From Dehalococcoidia bacterium (GTDB taxonomy: Bacteria > Chloroflexota > Dehalococcoidia > Bin125), in contig CAXXSR010000001.1 in assembly GCA_963662615.2 (NCBI GenBank), forward strand, positions 224,001 to 288,000: 64,000 nt of DNA, read 5' to 3'. Shown here piece after piece: positions 42,993-53,066 of this stretch; the first letter of the stretch is position 1, and every line of letters starts with the position of its first letter. Below the pieces are notes generated by a model that was not told the origin of the DNA, ran no database searches, and was given only the letters and a program-made list of their open reading frames with translations. Made by a program: the position numbers and the translations under genes.

Positions 42993-43021
42993 ATATTGCC
43001 TGATCGGCGCGCCCATTGCAA
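42993..43021 (-). promoter_or_regulatory. sigma70-type promoter of groEL
   Basis: TTGCAA-17 nt-CAATAT directly upstream of CIRCE. Confidence 0.65.
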
Positions 43022-43245
43022 GCAACTTCGCCACGGGCGCGGCGGCTCCCGCGGATCGTTGGCGTCAGGCGGGGGCGATCGCCGCACCCGCGCGCCCAGA
43101 AGCGGAGGCGAGGCGGCTCCAGAGTGCCGTTCCGGGCCCGCCTGTGGCCCACCTTCGGCGCCACTGACGTACGGGTGAGGGGAGAAGAGCAGTGAGGGCG
43201 GCTTCCGAGGGGGTAGGACGCTCGGCGGCAGGGGGTCGGAGCGCG

Positions 43246-44185
43246 CTAGGCCGCCGCGTCGTTGGCCGGCTCCGCCGGTGTCGAGCTGGCGGGGCTGTAC
43301 CACTGAATGGAGCGCTCGTTCGCATTCTGGATGAAGTCGCGAACGCGCTCTTCAATCTCTGCACGCCCGCCCAGGCGCCGGTGCACCACGGCGAAGATCG
43401 GGTCGTTGGTGGTGGAGCTGTACTGCGACGGATAGACACGCGCGCCCTCGTCGGTGTCCAGGCCGCACCAGAGGCGATGACGGTGACAGAGGGCGTTGGC
43501 GTGTGCGACCACGTAGGTCAGTCCGCTGCGGTCGGCCGTGATCGCCAGGTCGTGGTGGTCGGCAATGGCCTCGCGCACGTTGTCGGGAAAGTGCCAGCGT
43601 TGCGCGAGACCGGCGCCGACCTGGGCGTGGTCGTAACCGAACTGGCTGCGCTCCACATCAATCAGCGGCCGGGCTTCCTGCAGGGCCAGGTACAGTGCAC
43701 GGCCGAAGGCGTCGGCGGCGTACTGGCTCAGCACCAGCCGACCCACGTCGTGGAGCACGCCGGCGGTGAACGCCTCGTCGGGGCGGGCGTGGCGGCTCTC
43801 GCGCGCCATCGCCTCGGCCGCCAGCGACGCTGTGGCCCCAGAAGAGGTCGCCGTTGAAGCGGCTCTCGCTCGACACCGTGATCAGGTCGAGGATGGACGC
43901 CGCGATGGCCATCGACCGCACGGAGCGAAAGCCGATCAGCACCACGGCATCGCGGACCGTCGCGATGCGACGGGGAAAGCCGTAGGAGGCCGAATTCGCC
44001 AGCCGCAAGATCTTCGCTGTGAGCGCCGTGTCCGTGGCGATGATCGCGGCGAGATCGTAGGCGGAGAAGCGATCGTCCTCGGTCACGCCGATCACCCGGC
44101 TGGCCGCCTGTGGGAGCGGCGCCAGCTCCTCAACGCGGTCCAGCAGCGCCTCGAGCGATGGCACGTCGGCCCGAAAAGTCGGCAC
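43246..44185 (-). pseudogene. HDOD-domain protein, frameshifted near 43825
   Basis: DTALTAKILRLANS...FWGHSV in one frame; LAAEAMAR...AGVLHDVG...DHAQVG...W in another. Confidence 0.82.
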
Positions 44186-44461
44186 GTCCCGCCCTTCGTC
44201 CCTTGAGGCAGCGCGGCACAGGCTTTCACCGCCGCCGGCTCAGCTTCAACTCTAGGGCCGTGGGCGGGCGGTGCTATCGGGGAACCCCCTAGGCGTTCTC
44301 CGGCGTCGCTGCCTCGTCCGACCCGGTTGCGGCTCTGGCGTCAGCGCGCCTCAGCCGTGGGAGGCGACGGCCGCGACGGCCGCGCCGCCGCCCCGCGGCA
44401 TGAAGGCGCCGCGCTCGTGCGCGGCGCTCCGGGCGGGCTCTGCCGAGATGCGGACGGTGCG

Positions 44462-45064
44462 TCAGGCGCTGCGGGCGGCCGCGTGGCGCGCCGCCACATC
44501 TTCCCAGTTCACGAGGTTCCAGACCGCCTTTACGAAGTCCGGCCGGACGTTCTTGTACTGGAGGTAGTACGCGTGCTCCCAGGCGTCAATGACGAGCAGG
44601 GGCGTGGAGCCGCTGGCGATGTTGCCTTGGTGGTCGTACACCTGCTCAATGATCAAGCGTTTGGAGAGGGGCTCGTACGCGAGCATGCCCCAACCGGAGC
44701 CCTGCACCGTGTTCGTGGCGCTGGAGAGCTGCTTCATGAACGCCGCAAAGCCGCCGAAATCCGCGTTGATCGCGTCGGCCAGGTCGCCCGTCGGCTCGTC
44801 CCCGCCGTGCGGGCTCAGGTTCTGCCAGAAGATCGAGTGGAGGATGTGCCCGGAGAGGTGGAAGGCCAGGTTCTTCTCCAGCATGGTGATGCCGCCGAAG
44901 TCGTCCTTCTGACGCGCTTCCATCAGCTTTTCCAGCGTGGTATTGGCACCGGTCACGTAGGTCGCGTGATGCTTGTCATGGTGCAGCTGCATGATCTCGC
45001 CGCTGATATGCGGCTGCAGCGCTCCGTAGTCATAGAGCAGATCGGGCAGGTTGTAGGTCGGCAT
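44462..45064 (-). CDS. sodA: Fe/Mn superoxide dismutase (actinobacterial type)
   Basis: [35 protein letters not shown]. Confidence 0.95.
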   Translation of the reverse strand: MPTYNLPDLLYDYGALQPHISGEIMQLHHDKHHATYVTGANTTLEKLMEARQKDDFGGITMLEKNLAFHLSGHILHSIFWQNLSPHGGDEPTGDLADAINADFGGFAAFMKQLSSATNTVQGSGWGMLAYEPLSKRLIIEQVYDHQGNIASGSTPLLVIDAWEHAYYLQYKNVRPDFVKAVWNLVNWEDVAARHAAARSA

Positions 45065-45136
45065 GGCGGCCCCTTTCGTGGCGGATAGTTGAACCGCGTG
45101 GCCTGCCCGCTCTGGTCCGGGCTCCGTTGCGAGCGG

Positions 45137-45192
45137 CTCGTCGTGGGCACCTCGTCGTGGGCACCTCGTCGCGGGCAGTTCGTCGCAGGCAG
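45137..45192. repeat. 4 x 14-bp degenerate tandem repeat upstream of sod
   Basis: CTCGTCGTGGGCAC x2, CTCGTCGCGGGCAG, TTCGTCGCAGGCAG. Confidence 0.85.
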
Positions 45193-45242
45193 TGGCCCGC
45201 GCCATCCGGTTCTAGCACATGTGCCGACGGCTGAACAGCGGC

Positions 45243-45527
45243 TTAGAAGTCCTCGTCGTCGAAGCTGCCCAGATCCGGAGGGCCGTGGGAGTGCCCCCCT
45301 GGGCCGTGCTCGTGGCCGCCGCCGCCTCCCCCGCCGAACCCCTCATCTTCGTCGAACGAATCGAAGTTCGTCTCACCACCGCCCGTGGTCATGATCGTCG
45401 CGGTGTAGAGACGGCGCGCGCGCGCGCTGCACTGCGGACACTTCGCCGCTTGGCCCGCCTTCGAGAGGGGCCGTGTCAGCTCAAACGCGTGGCTACACTT
45501 GCCGCACTGGAATTCGTAGATGGGCAT
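45243..45527 (-). CDS. FmdB-family zinc-ribbon protein with Gly/His/acidic tail
   Basis: MPIYEFQCGKC...CPQC; GGAG RBS; TAGACT -10 at 45571-45576. Confidence 0.9.
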   Translation of the reverse strand: MPIYEFQCGKCSHAFELTRPLSKAGQAAKCPQCSARARRLYTATIMTTGGGETNFDSFDEDEGFGGGGGGGHEHGPGGHSHGPPDLGSFDDEDF

Positions 45528-45603
45528 CGATGGCGACTCCTCGGCCTACTCTCGCGTCTGGCCGCAGGGCAGTCTAGCGCACCCGGCGCGCCCGTTCGAC
45601 CGC

Positions 45604-46305
45604 CTACCCAGGGGGCAAACGCCGGCGGCGAAAGGAGTGCGTGGCGTAGGCGACGCCCTCCTCAATGGTGAATCCCCCTTGGCCCGCCAGCAGTTCGTTG
45701 GAGACGCCCTCCCCGCGGCCCAGCACGAGCGTGGCGCCGGCCAACGCCCAGCGCAGCCCCGTTGTGCTGACGCCACGCACCGTCTCGCTCAGGGGTATCA
45801 GCGACACATAGTCGCCCGTTTCCCCCCGGAAGCGCACCGAGCGCCGCCCCCCAGGGTCCTCCGCCTCACGGCCCGCCGGCAGCGCGCGCAGGCCCACCGC
45901 CTCGGTCCAGCCGTCAATGACGACGAGCGGAAGACGCGCGAACTCTGCGCCCACGGCGTACATCAAGTTGCTCAAGCTGTGATCAAGGCGCTCGCCGCCG
46001 TGTGCCCCCAGCAGGACCACTTCCGTTGCACCCCGCTCCACGGCCAACTCCAGGGCCACCTGCCCGTCCGTCTTGTTCTGCGGATCGGGATGGGGGAGCA
46101 CGTCGCAGCCGGCGCGGCGCAGATCGGCGAGCCGCTCTGGCGGCACCGAATCGAGATCGCCGATCACCAGCGCCGGCCGGATGCCGCAGTCCGCCAGCCG
46201 AGCGGCGCCGCCATTGGCGCCGATGATCAAGTCCGCGTCCGCGATCCGATCGCGCAGCAGCGCCGTGTCCTGCATGGAGCCGCCCAGCGCCACCACCACC
46301 TTCAT
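45604..46305 (-). CDS. thiN: Thiamine diphosphokinase
   Basis: GANGGA, IGDLDS, KTDG, GGERLDH, GLRWAL, GVSNE. Confidence 0.9.
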   Translation of the reverse strand: MKVVVALGGSMQDTALLRDRIADADLIIGANGGAARLADCGIRPALVIGDLDSVPPERLADLRRAGCDVLPHPDPQNKTDGQVALELAVERGATEVVLLGAHGGERLDHSLSNLMYAVGAEFARLPLVVIDGWTEAVGLRALPAGREAEDPGGRRSVRFRGETGDYVSLIPLSETVRGVSTTGLRWALAGATLVLGRGEGVSNELLAGQGGFTIEEGVAYATHSFRRRRLPPG

Positions 46306-46366
46306 GGGCCCGTCATTCCCAGTCGGGACGCGCCGCCGCCCGCCGGCCCCCTGAAGCCGGGAAAGC

Positions 46367-47077
46367 CTAGGCTTGTGCCGGCAGGCTCTGCAACTGCTCA
46401 ACCACTTCGGCCGTGGTCTGCACGGAACTCGCGATCATGCGGAAGTTCAGGAGGGCGGCCTGGTAGAAATCTCCGCCGGGGAGCTGAGCGCCCGCGGTCG
46501 CGTCCTTCACCACTGCCACCTCAAAGCCCTGCTCCACCAACTCACGCATGTGCGATTCCACGCAGAGGTTGGCCGACATGCCCGCCAGGATGACCTTGTC
46601 GATCCCCCGCTTGCGCAGCTGCAGCACCAAGTCGTTGGACTCGGGACCATAGACCTTGTGCGGGCTCGTCACCGTGACTCCCTCCGCTTCCAGGTACGGC
46701 TTGAGCGAATCCGCCCAGTCGGCGCCGGAGCCGCTGAACTGGTCCAGGGAGAGCGGGCCTGCGCGGTCGAACATGGTGATGGCGTGCATCATTTTTTCCA
46801 CCGCGCCGCCGAACGCCCATTGGTGGTCTTGGGGGTAGTAGTAGTGGGGCGAGACGACGATCGGCAGGCCGGCGTCCCGCGTCGCCTTGAGCAGCTGCTC
46901 CAGGTGCTCAACCGTGTGGTTTTCCTCCACGCTGGCGCCCACGACGCCCTAGGCGACCCCGCCGGGCGAGAGGAAGTCGTTCTGGGGATCGGTAACCACC
47001 AGGGCCGTGCAACTCGCATCAATCTCGAAACCTGGGTTGGGAAGCAAGTCGTCGTAGGTCTGCTCTGCTGGGGCCAT
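46367..47077 (-). pseudogene. Isochorismatase-family cysteine hydrolase with in-frame TAG at 46949-46951
   Basis: ALVVTDPQNDFLSPGGVA*GVVGASVEEN...HKVYGP...GMSANLCVESH, all in one frame. Confidence 0.85.
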
Positions 47078-47421
47078 GTCCGTATCCTTTCCCTTTTCCT
47101 TGCCCAACGCTCGCTTGACGGGGGTCAGCAGCCGGTTGATCGTGCTCACGCGCCCCCCCAACCGTGCGCCTGTGGAGCGCTGCCGACGCCTCCCTGGGCG
47201 CCGTCCGTTCGTGACCCGTGACGGCGAACAGCATACCGGACTAGCGCCCGCGCGATCTTGACGGCGTCTGGCATCGCTTCGAGCAAGCCACGCCTCTGGC
47301 ACTCCGGCCGCGCTACGATGGGGACCCTGACTCGGCCCGCCCGGCGAGGCTGCGTCGGGTCTCTGGTACGGCGGCTGCCTCGCAGTTGGGCAGGCGCCGT
47401 CGTCAGAGGAGAGGCTCGACA

Positions 47422-47757
47422 ATGCAGTTGAACCGATCCAGCACCGATGCGCGAACATACCGCGAGAGCCCTGACGTCATGTACGAGAGCAGCCTCGAGG
47501 CTTTGGCGGCGAGCAACTTCAAGCTCCTTGAGGATTCGCCGCAAGACGGCATGATTCGGGGCCAGAAGCGCATCAATCTATTGACTTGGGGCGAGGACGT
47601 CGAGGTTCTCATCGAGGGGCAGGATGACCGCACGGAAGTCACGTTCCGCTCCCAGTCCCGCGGCTCCCTCTTGGATTGGGGCACGAACGGCCGCAACGTC
47701 CGCAAATTCTTCAAGGAGCTGGACGAGGCCCTGGCCGAGACCCTGGCCGGCTCCTAG
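47422..47757 (+). CDS. Hypothetical protein (111 aa)
   Basis: AGGAG RBS; TWGE and DWGTNGRNV motifs. Confidence 0.75.
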   Translation: MQLNRSSTDARTYRESPDVMYESSLEALAASNFKLLEDSPQDGMIRGQKRINLLTWGEDVEVLIEGQDDRTEVTFRSQSRGSLLDWGTNGRNVRKFFKELDEALAETLAGS

Positions 47758-47811
47758 GCGGCACACCCCAGGGCAGTCGCAGGCGCCGGCCGCGCGACGA
47801 TCGCGGCCCGC

Positions 47812-48873
47812 CTAGGCTGAGACGCGCCCTGCGGCCATGAGGTACGTCACCGCGTCGCCGAACGCCTCGTCCAGCGGACTCTGCGGCAGGCCCAGCTCCT
47901 CCACCGCCTTGCGACAGTCGAACCAGAGCCGGTGCCGCGCCAGCCGCACCCCGGCGATGGGCGCGCGCGGCGGATGGCCCCGGAGCCGGCTGACCAGCCG
48001 CTCATCGATCTGCGCGTAGCCCAGCGCCAGCGCGAACGGGAGCGGCAGCGGCGGCAGCGGCCAACGCCTCCTCGCAGGGCGCGCTTCCTGGCGTGCTCTC
48101 CCGCCCTCCGAATGACGCGCGGCTGCCGCCGCCCGCCGGATCACCTCATGCAGCGTGAGATTCCCCTCCCGATGCCCCAGGATGTAGCGCTCGCCCACCG
48201 CCCCCCGGCGCCACGCCAGTACGTGGCCGCGGGCGACGTCACGCACATGCACGACGTTCAGCCCCGCCGACCGCAGATAGCCCGGCATGGCGCCGTTCGC
48301 CGCGTCCCTGATCAGCCGTCCGGAAGGCGTTGGCTTCGCGTCCAGTGGGCCGATGGGCGTCGTCGGATTGACGACGACCGCGGGCAGGCCATCGCGCTGC
48401 ACCATGTCGTGCACCAGCCGCTCAGCCAGATACTTGCTCTCCTCATAGGGGCCGGGCAGGTCGCGAGCTTCCGGCCAATCGCTCTCGCTGGCGGGCGCGT
48501 CATCAGCGCGGGCGTGCCCGACCGCCGCGATCGATGACGTATACACGACCCGTTCCACCCCCGCCGCCAGCGCCGCTTGCATGAGCGCCCGCGTCCCCTG
48601 CACGTTGACTTGAAAGAGGAGCGGTCGCCGGCGCAACCGCAGGTCGTACAGCGCGGCGACGTGGAACACGACGTCCGCGCCGGCCAGCGCCCGGCCAAGC
48701 GATCCGGCGTCCCTCAGATCGCCCTCCACGCGCTCCACCGCCAGACCGTGGAGGTTGCGAGCGTCGGCGCCGGCACGAACGAGCGCCCGCACGTCCACGC
48801 CCTCCTCCAGCAGCGCCCGCACCACGTGCGCGCCGATAAACCCCGTGCCCCCGGTCACGAGCGCCTGCGTCAT
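47812..48873 (-). CDS. hpnA: Hopanoid-associated NAD-dependent epimerase/dehydratase
   Basis: VTGGTGFIG, VFHVAALY, YEESK, NPTTPIGPLDAKPTPSG, GLNVVHV; hpnH context. Confidence 0.85.
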   Translation of the reverse strand: MTQALVTGGTGFIGAHVVRALLEEGVDVRALVRAGADARNLHGLAVERVEGDLRDAGSLGRALAGADVVFHVAALYDLRLRRRPLLFQVNVQGTRALMQAALAAGVERVVYTSSIAAVGHARADDAPASESDWPEARDLPGPYEESKYLAERLVHDMVQRDGLPAVVVNPTTPIGPLDAKPTPSGRLIRDAANGAMPGYLRSAGLNVVHVRDVARGHVLAWRRGAVGERYILGHREGNLTLHEVIRRAAAAARHSEGGRARQEARPARRRWPLPPLPLPFALALGYAQIDERLVSRLRGHPPRAPIAGVRLARHRLWFDCRKAVEELGLPQSPLDEAFGDAVTYLMAAGRVSA

Positions 48874-48880
48874 TGCATCC

Positions 48881-49633
48881 TCAGCCGCCGGCCGCCGCGA
48901 CCAGCGCCTCCAGCGCCCCGTCGATCGATCGCACCGCCGCGCGGCGCTGGCGCGCCAGTCGCAGCAGCGAGTAGGAGAGGGTAGGCCGCCGCACGAGCGC
49001 CCGCGTCACCTCGACAGCGCCCGGCCGGCGCCAGTCCCACGTCACCACCTGGGCGGGCAGGGTCGCCTGTGTGGGGTCCAGCACTGCCCGAATCGACGCG
49101 AAGGGGACGTGCATCTCCTCGGCCGCGAGCGCCCAGGTGTGATCCTCCATCTGTGCCACCAGCGCCCTGGTGTCGCGATGGCGTTGCCGCTTCTCCGCCG
49201 CGGTGAGCACTGGGCCGTCCACGGTGATCGTCTCGCCCGTGCGCACGGCGATGCCGGCTTGGCTGAGGGCGCTTTCAACGAATCGGGAGAATTCCCGCTC
49301 CGCCCGCAGCGGCGGCCCCGCGCTTCCTCCGTCCCGGCGCAGATGGCGGACTCGCTCGGCCAGCACCAGCTCGCCGGCGGCGAGGGCAGGGCTCAGTCCC
49401 GCGGCGACACCCGTTGCCAAGATCCCTGTCGCCGGCGGCGACATCTGGGCGAGTTGGGTGGCGGCCAGCGCTGCCCGCTCGGCGCCCGGCCCCGATACGA
49501 TCACCCGCACTTCCACGGCCCCGCGGCTGCCCCAGACCGCCCAGCCTTCGCCGGCCTCCGTGTGCCGCCGACCGCGCAGCCGCCCCGCGAAGCGCGACGC
49601 TTCCCACGGCAGCGCCGTCACGATCGTCAGCAT
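48881..49633 (-). CDS. hpnG: Nucleoside phosphorylase-family protein (HpnG-like)
   Basis: VTALPWEA, SGPG, TGVAAGL, QME, RAVLD; lies between hpnH and hpnA. Confidence 0.72.
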   Translation of the reverse strand: MLTIVTALPWEASRFAGRLRGRRHTEAGEGWAVWGSRGAVEVRVIVSGPGAERAALAATQLAQMSPPATGILATGVAAGLSPALAAGELVLAERVRHLRRDGGSAGPPLRAEREFSRFVESALSQAGIAVRTGETITVDGPVLTAAEKRQRHRDTRALVAQMEDHTWALAAEEMHVPFASIRAVLDPTQATLPAQVVTWDWRRPGAVEVTRALVRRPTLSYSLLRLARQRRAAVRSIDGALEALVAAAGG

Positions 49634-49771
49634 GCCCGCAGTGTCGCACGCCGACGCCGGAGTCTCCGCCGGCCACCCAGTGACCCGTCGGCTGAGCGCA
49701 GGACAGGCACGTGCAAGACGAACGGTGAGCCGAACGCGAATGCATCCCTTGCGGGCGCCATCCGGTTAACG

Positions 49772-49796
49772 AAAAAGGCCCGGCGCCTGCCGGGCC
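49772..49796 (-). terminator. Intrinsic terminator downstream of hpnH
   Basis: Minus strand: GGCCCGGC-AGGC-GCCGGGCC followed by TTTTT. Confidence 0.85.
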
Positions 49797-49837
49797 CCGC
49801 CTGCTCGCGACACGAATGCGCGCTCCGCGACGGCGGC

Positions 49838-50845
49838 TCAGGAAAGCGCGCCTCTGAGTGCGCGCAGCCCCCGCAGCGGGTTCGTTGAGGCGTCGATCAC
49901 CGCGGTCGCTTCAAAGCCAGAATGCACCATGCACTGCTGGCACTTGGGGTTGCCGCTTTGCGGTCCGTAGTTCTCCCACTCCGTCTCTTCCAGCAGCTCC
50001 TGGAACGTGTCGGCATAGCCCTCGTCCAGCAGGTAGCAGGGCCGTTGCCAGCCCAGGACCGAGTAGGTGGGGTTGCCCCAGGGCGTGCACTCGTAGTCGA
50101 TCTCGCCCTGGAGGAAGTCCAAGAACAGCTGGCTGTGATTGAACGACCAGCGATCCGGTTGGTCCCGCAGGATCTCGCGGAAGAGCTCCTTCGTCTGCTC
50201 ACGCTGGAGAAAGTGCTCCTGATCGGGCGCTTTCTGGTAGGCGTAGCCGGGGGAGATCATCAGCCCGTCCACGCCGATCTCCGTCATCACGTCGAACATC
50301 TCGCGCACGCGCGCGGGATCCGTGCCCAGGAAGAACGTGCTGTTCGTCGTGACGCGAAAGCCGCGCTCCTTGGCCGCCTTGATCGCCTCCACCGCGATGT
50401 CATAGATGCCGTCGCGACAGACCGACTGGTCGTGCTCCTCGCGCAGCCCATCCATGTGCACGGAGAACGTGAGGTAGGGGCTGGGCTTGAAGAGGTCCAG
50501 CTTCTTTTGCAGCAAGATCGCGTTGGTGCAGAGGTAGACGAACGTCTTTCGCTCGATCAGCCCCTCCACAATGCGGCCGATCTCGGGATGGATGAGCGGC
50601 TCGCCCCCCGGAATCGAAACCACCGGGGCGCCGCATTCGTCGGCGGCGGCCCAGCACTGCTCCGGCGTCAGCATCGCCTTGAGGATCTCCTCCGGGTGCT
50701 GGATCTTGCCGCAGCCGGCGCAGGCCAGGTTGCAGCGGTAGAGCGGCTCCAGCATGAGGACGAGCGGGTACTTGTCCACGCCGTGGATCCGCTGCTGGGC
50801 AACGTACTTGCCGACCTCCACTGCCTGCCTGATGGGGATCGCCAT
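49838..50845 (-). CDS. hpnH: Adenosyl-hopene transferase (radical SAM)
   Basis: [55 protein letters not shown]. Confidence 0.95.
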   Translation of the reverse strand: MAIPIRQAVEVGKYVAQQRIHGVDKYPLVLMLEPLYRCNLACAGCGKIQHPEEILKAMLTPEQCWAAADECGAPVVSIPGGEPLIHPEIGRIVEGLIERKTFVYLCTNAILLQKKLDLFKPSPYLTFSVHMDGLREEHDQSVCRDGIYDIAVEAIKAAKERGFRVTTNSTFFLGTDPARVREMFDVMTEIGVDGLMISPGYAYQKAPDQEHFLQREQTKELFREILRDQPDRWSFNHSQLFLDFLQGEIDYECTPWGNPTYSVLGWQRPCYLLDEGYADTFQELLEETEWENYGPQSGNPKCQQCMVHSGFEATAVIDASTNPLRGLRALRGALS

Positions 50846-50897
50846 GGCGATTTCCGCGACGGGCGCGGCCGCGCGTCCGTTTCTCTCTATCCGGGGA

Positions 50898-50906
50898 ACT
50901 ATATCA
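50898..50906 (-). promoter_or_regulatory. Extended -10 promoter of hpnH
   Basis: TGaTATAGT on the minus strand about 50 nt upstream of the ATG. Confidence 0.55.
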
Positions 50907-50980
50907 CTGGCATTCGCTGGATGGGCGGGGCATGCCCCTCGCTCCCGAAGTCCCCCTACCCGCGATCGTCGTGGCGCCGA

Positions 50981-51601
50981 TCACGACCGGCCTGGCAGGA
51001 ATCGCCGTCGCGCCGCCTCGTACTCCTCCGGCGTGTTCAGATCGATGACGACCAGCGGGTCGTCTACGTCCACGAACTCCGTGCGCTCGCGATGGCGAGC
51101 GCGCACCGCCCGCAGCCCCTCCGTCTCTTCGCGAACGTCCCGCAGCTCTGCCAGCAGCGCCCCGGCGAACAGCGCCGGGTGCCCGTTCTTGCCGCCGTAC
51201 CGCGGCACGACGATCGACGCCTGGCCCCCGCGCCACCGTCCGATCAGCGAGCGCACGGTCGCCTCCAGGCAGGGCTGGTCCACGGCGGCCACCACCACCG
51301 CGTCGGCGTCGTCCGGCACGGCCTCCGCGCCGGCCCGCACCGAAGAGGCCCGCCCGCGGCGATTGTCGGCGTTCTCAACGATCCGGCAGGGCTCCGCGCA
51401 GTGGATGCGCGCGCGCACCTGCGCCGCTCCGTGGCCCATGACCACGACGACGGGCGCGCATCCGGCCGCCGTGAGCACGTCGATCTGGTGCTGCAGCAGC
51501 GGCGTCCCGCCCCAGTCCAGCAGCGCCTTGGGCTGTCCCATGCGCGTCGATTCGCCGGCTGCCAAGATCAGCCCTGCAACGACGTCCGGGCCCTCCGCCA
51601 T
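50981..51601 (-). CDS. MocA-like nucleotidyltransferase (Moco cytidylyltransferase family)
   Basis: ILAAGESTRMGQPKALL, DQP, GHPALF, DLNTPEEY. Confidence 0.85.
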   Translation of the reverse strand: MAEGPDVVAGLILAAGESTRMGQPKALLDWGGTPLLQHQIDVLTAAGCAPVVVVMGHGAAQVRARIHCAEPCRIVENADNRRGRASSVRAGAEAVPDDADAVVVAAVDQPCLEATVRSLIGRWRGGQASIVVPRYGGKNGHPALFAGALLAELRDVREETEGLRAVRARHRERTEFVDVDDPLVVIDLNTPEEYEAARRRFLPGRS

Positions 51602-51614
51602 CAGGTCGTGCCCG

Positions 51615-52544
51615 TCACGCGCTCGATCGGAGCGCGGGGACCACTTCCGCCCCGACGCGCCGGATCGATGCGAGGATCTTTTGCTGTCCCACCGGGAGGA
51701 AACGGATCATGACGTGGTTGAAGCCCAGCGTCTCCAGCTCCTGCAACTTGGCGATCGCCGCGTCCGCTCCTCCCACGATCAGGACGCTCGGGTCGAAGCC
51801 TCGGTAGCCCGCGGCGACTAGGGGAGCGGCGGTCGCTTCGGCCTCGGCGTCGGACTCGCCCACGTAGACGTCGCGACGCAGCGGGAACACGGACAGCGCG
51901 GCCTGCCGCTCCGCCGATGCCAGCGCTTCCGTGTACCACGCCAGCTTCGTGCGCAGAGCCTCCTCCGTCTCGCCCGGCCCGGCCAACCAGGCGTCGCCCA
52001 GCCGCGCCGCCCGCCGGATCGCGACCTTGACGTCGGCGCCGATCCAGAACTGCGGCGGCGTCGCGGGCTTCGGGTTCAGCGACACCTCGCGCAGCGACCA
52101 ACGCTTCCCCTCGTGCGAGACCCCGTCCTCGCGCAACAGCCGGCGTAGCAGCGGCAACCCCTCCTCCATCCGCTCCGCGCGATCGCGCTCGCTCGCTCCC
52201 AGGGCCGCAAACTGCTCCCTGCCCGCGCCCGCGGCCACGATGCAGTGCAGCGGCCCCTGCGCGACCGCCGCCAGCGTTCCGATCTGTTCGGCCAGCAGCA
52301 CGGGATGCCAGAGCGGGAGCAGGAAGAGCGGATAGACGGGCATAGTCCCCAGCTCGGCGAGGCATCGGGCCAGGATCGGCACGTTCTGCAGGTAATGCCC
52401 CGAGGTGGCGTGGTGGTCGCCCACGGAGAACGATGCGAAGCCGGCTTCGCGCGCCGCCGCCGCCCGCTCCACCACCCAGCCCGCCGCCGTGCGCGCGTCG
52501 GCCGAGCGGGGATGCGCCGTCGTGACCGAGAGGCCGATGTCCAC
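51615..52544 (-). CDS. LLM-class flavin-dependent oxidoreductase
   Basis: AGFASFSVGDHH, HPVLLAEQ, PQFWIG, RRAARLGDAW. Confidence 0.88.
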   Translation of the reverse strand: MDIGLSVTTAHPRSADARTAAGWVVERAAAAREAGFASFSVGDHHATSGHYLQNVPILARCLAELGTMPVYPLFLLPLWHPVLLAEQIGTLAAVAQGPLHCIVAAGAGREQFAALGASERDRAERMEEGLPLLRRLLREDGVSHEGKRWSLREVSLNPKPATPPQFWIGADVKVAIRRAARLGDAWLAGPGETEEALRTKLAWYTEALASAERQAALSVFPLRRDVYVGESDAEAEATAAPLVAAGYRGFDPSVLIVGGADAAIAKLQELETLGFNHVMIRFLPVGQQKILASIRRVGAEVVPALRSSA

Positions 52545-52658
52545 ATTGCACCCCCTGCTATACGTCGCCGCTGGCGGGCCGCCCCCACGCTGGACAAGTG
52601 AAGACGCCATCTCGGCTGATGAGGCGGAACGTCCTCGGCAACGTTCGGGATTCCTCCC

Positions 52659-53066
52659 TCAACCCGGATCTGCGGCGCCCTCGCCCCGGCGACGCTCATG
52701 ATCCGCCAGCGCCTTCTGCAACGCCCGCGCCGCCAGAACCGAGCAGTGCACCTTGCTCGCGGGCAAGCCGCCCACGGCCTCCACGAAGTCCTGCCGTGTC
52801 AGCCTGCCGGCGTCGTCCAGTGTCATGCCCGTGAGCACTTCCGTCGCCACCGAACTGGTGGCAATGGCCGCTCCACAGCCGCGCGTCAGAAACGATGCCT
52901 TGACGATCGCGCCGTCCTCCACACGCAGGAAGAGCTTCATATGGTCGCCGCAAACGGGATTGCGGTCCTCGCCCACCGCGTTGGCGTCCGGCAGCTCCCC
53001 GGCATTGCGCGGATTGCGAAAGTGATCCAGAACCGTCTCGTTGTAGGCCGTCGCGTCCGATGGCAT
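52659..53066 (-). CDS. iscU: Fe-S cluster scaffold, IscU/NifU-N type
   Basis: YNETVLDHFRNPRN, NPVCGD, GCGAAIA, LPASKVHCS. Confidence 0.92.
   Translation of the reverse strand: MPSDATAYNETVLDHFRNPRNAGELPDANAVGEDRNPVCGDHMKLFLRVEDGAIVKASFLTRGCGAAIATSSVATEVLTGMTLDDAGRLTRQDFVEAVGGLPASKVHCSVLAARALQKALADHERRRGEGAADPG

Noticed and set aside
46949-46951. Pyrrolysine or amber recoding in the cysteine hydrolase
   Set aside because: TAG ends many core genes here, no pyl genes are seen, and a TGG-to-TAG change explains it simply
46306-47420. TPP riboswitch upstream of thiN
   Set aside because: CUGAGA and ACCUGAU core motifs were not found in the upstream intergenic stretches
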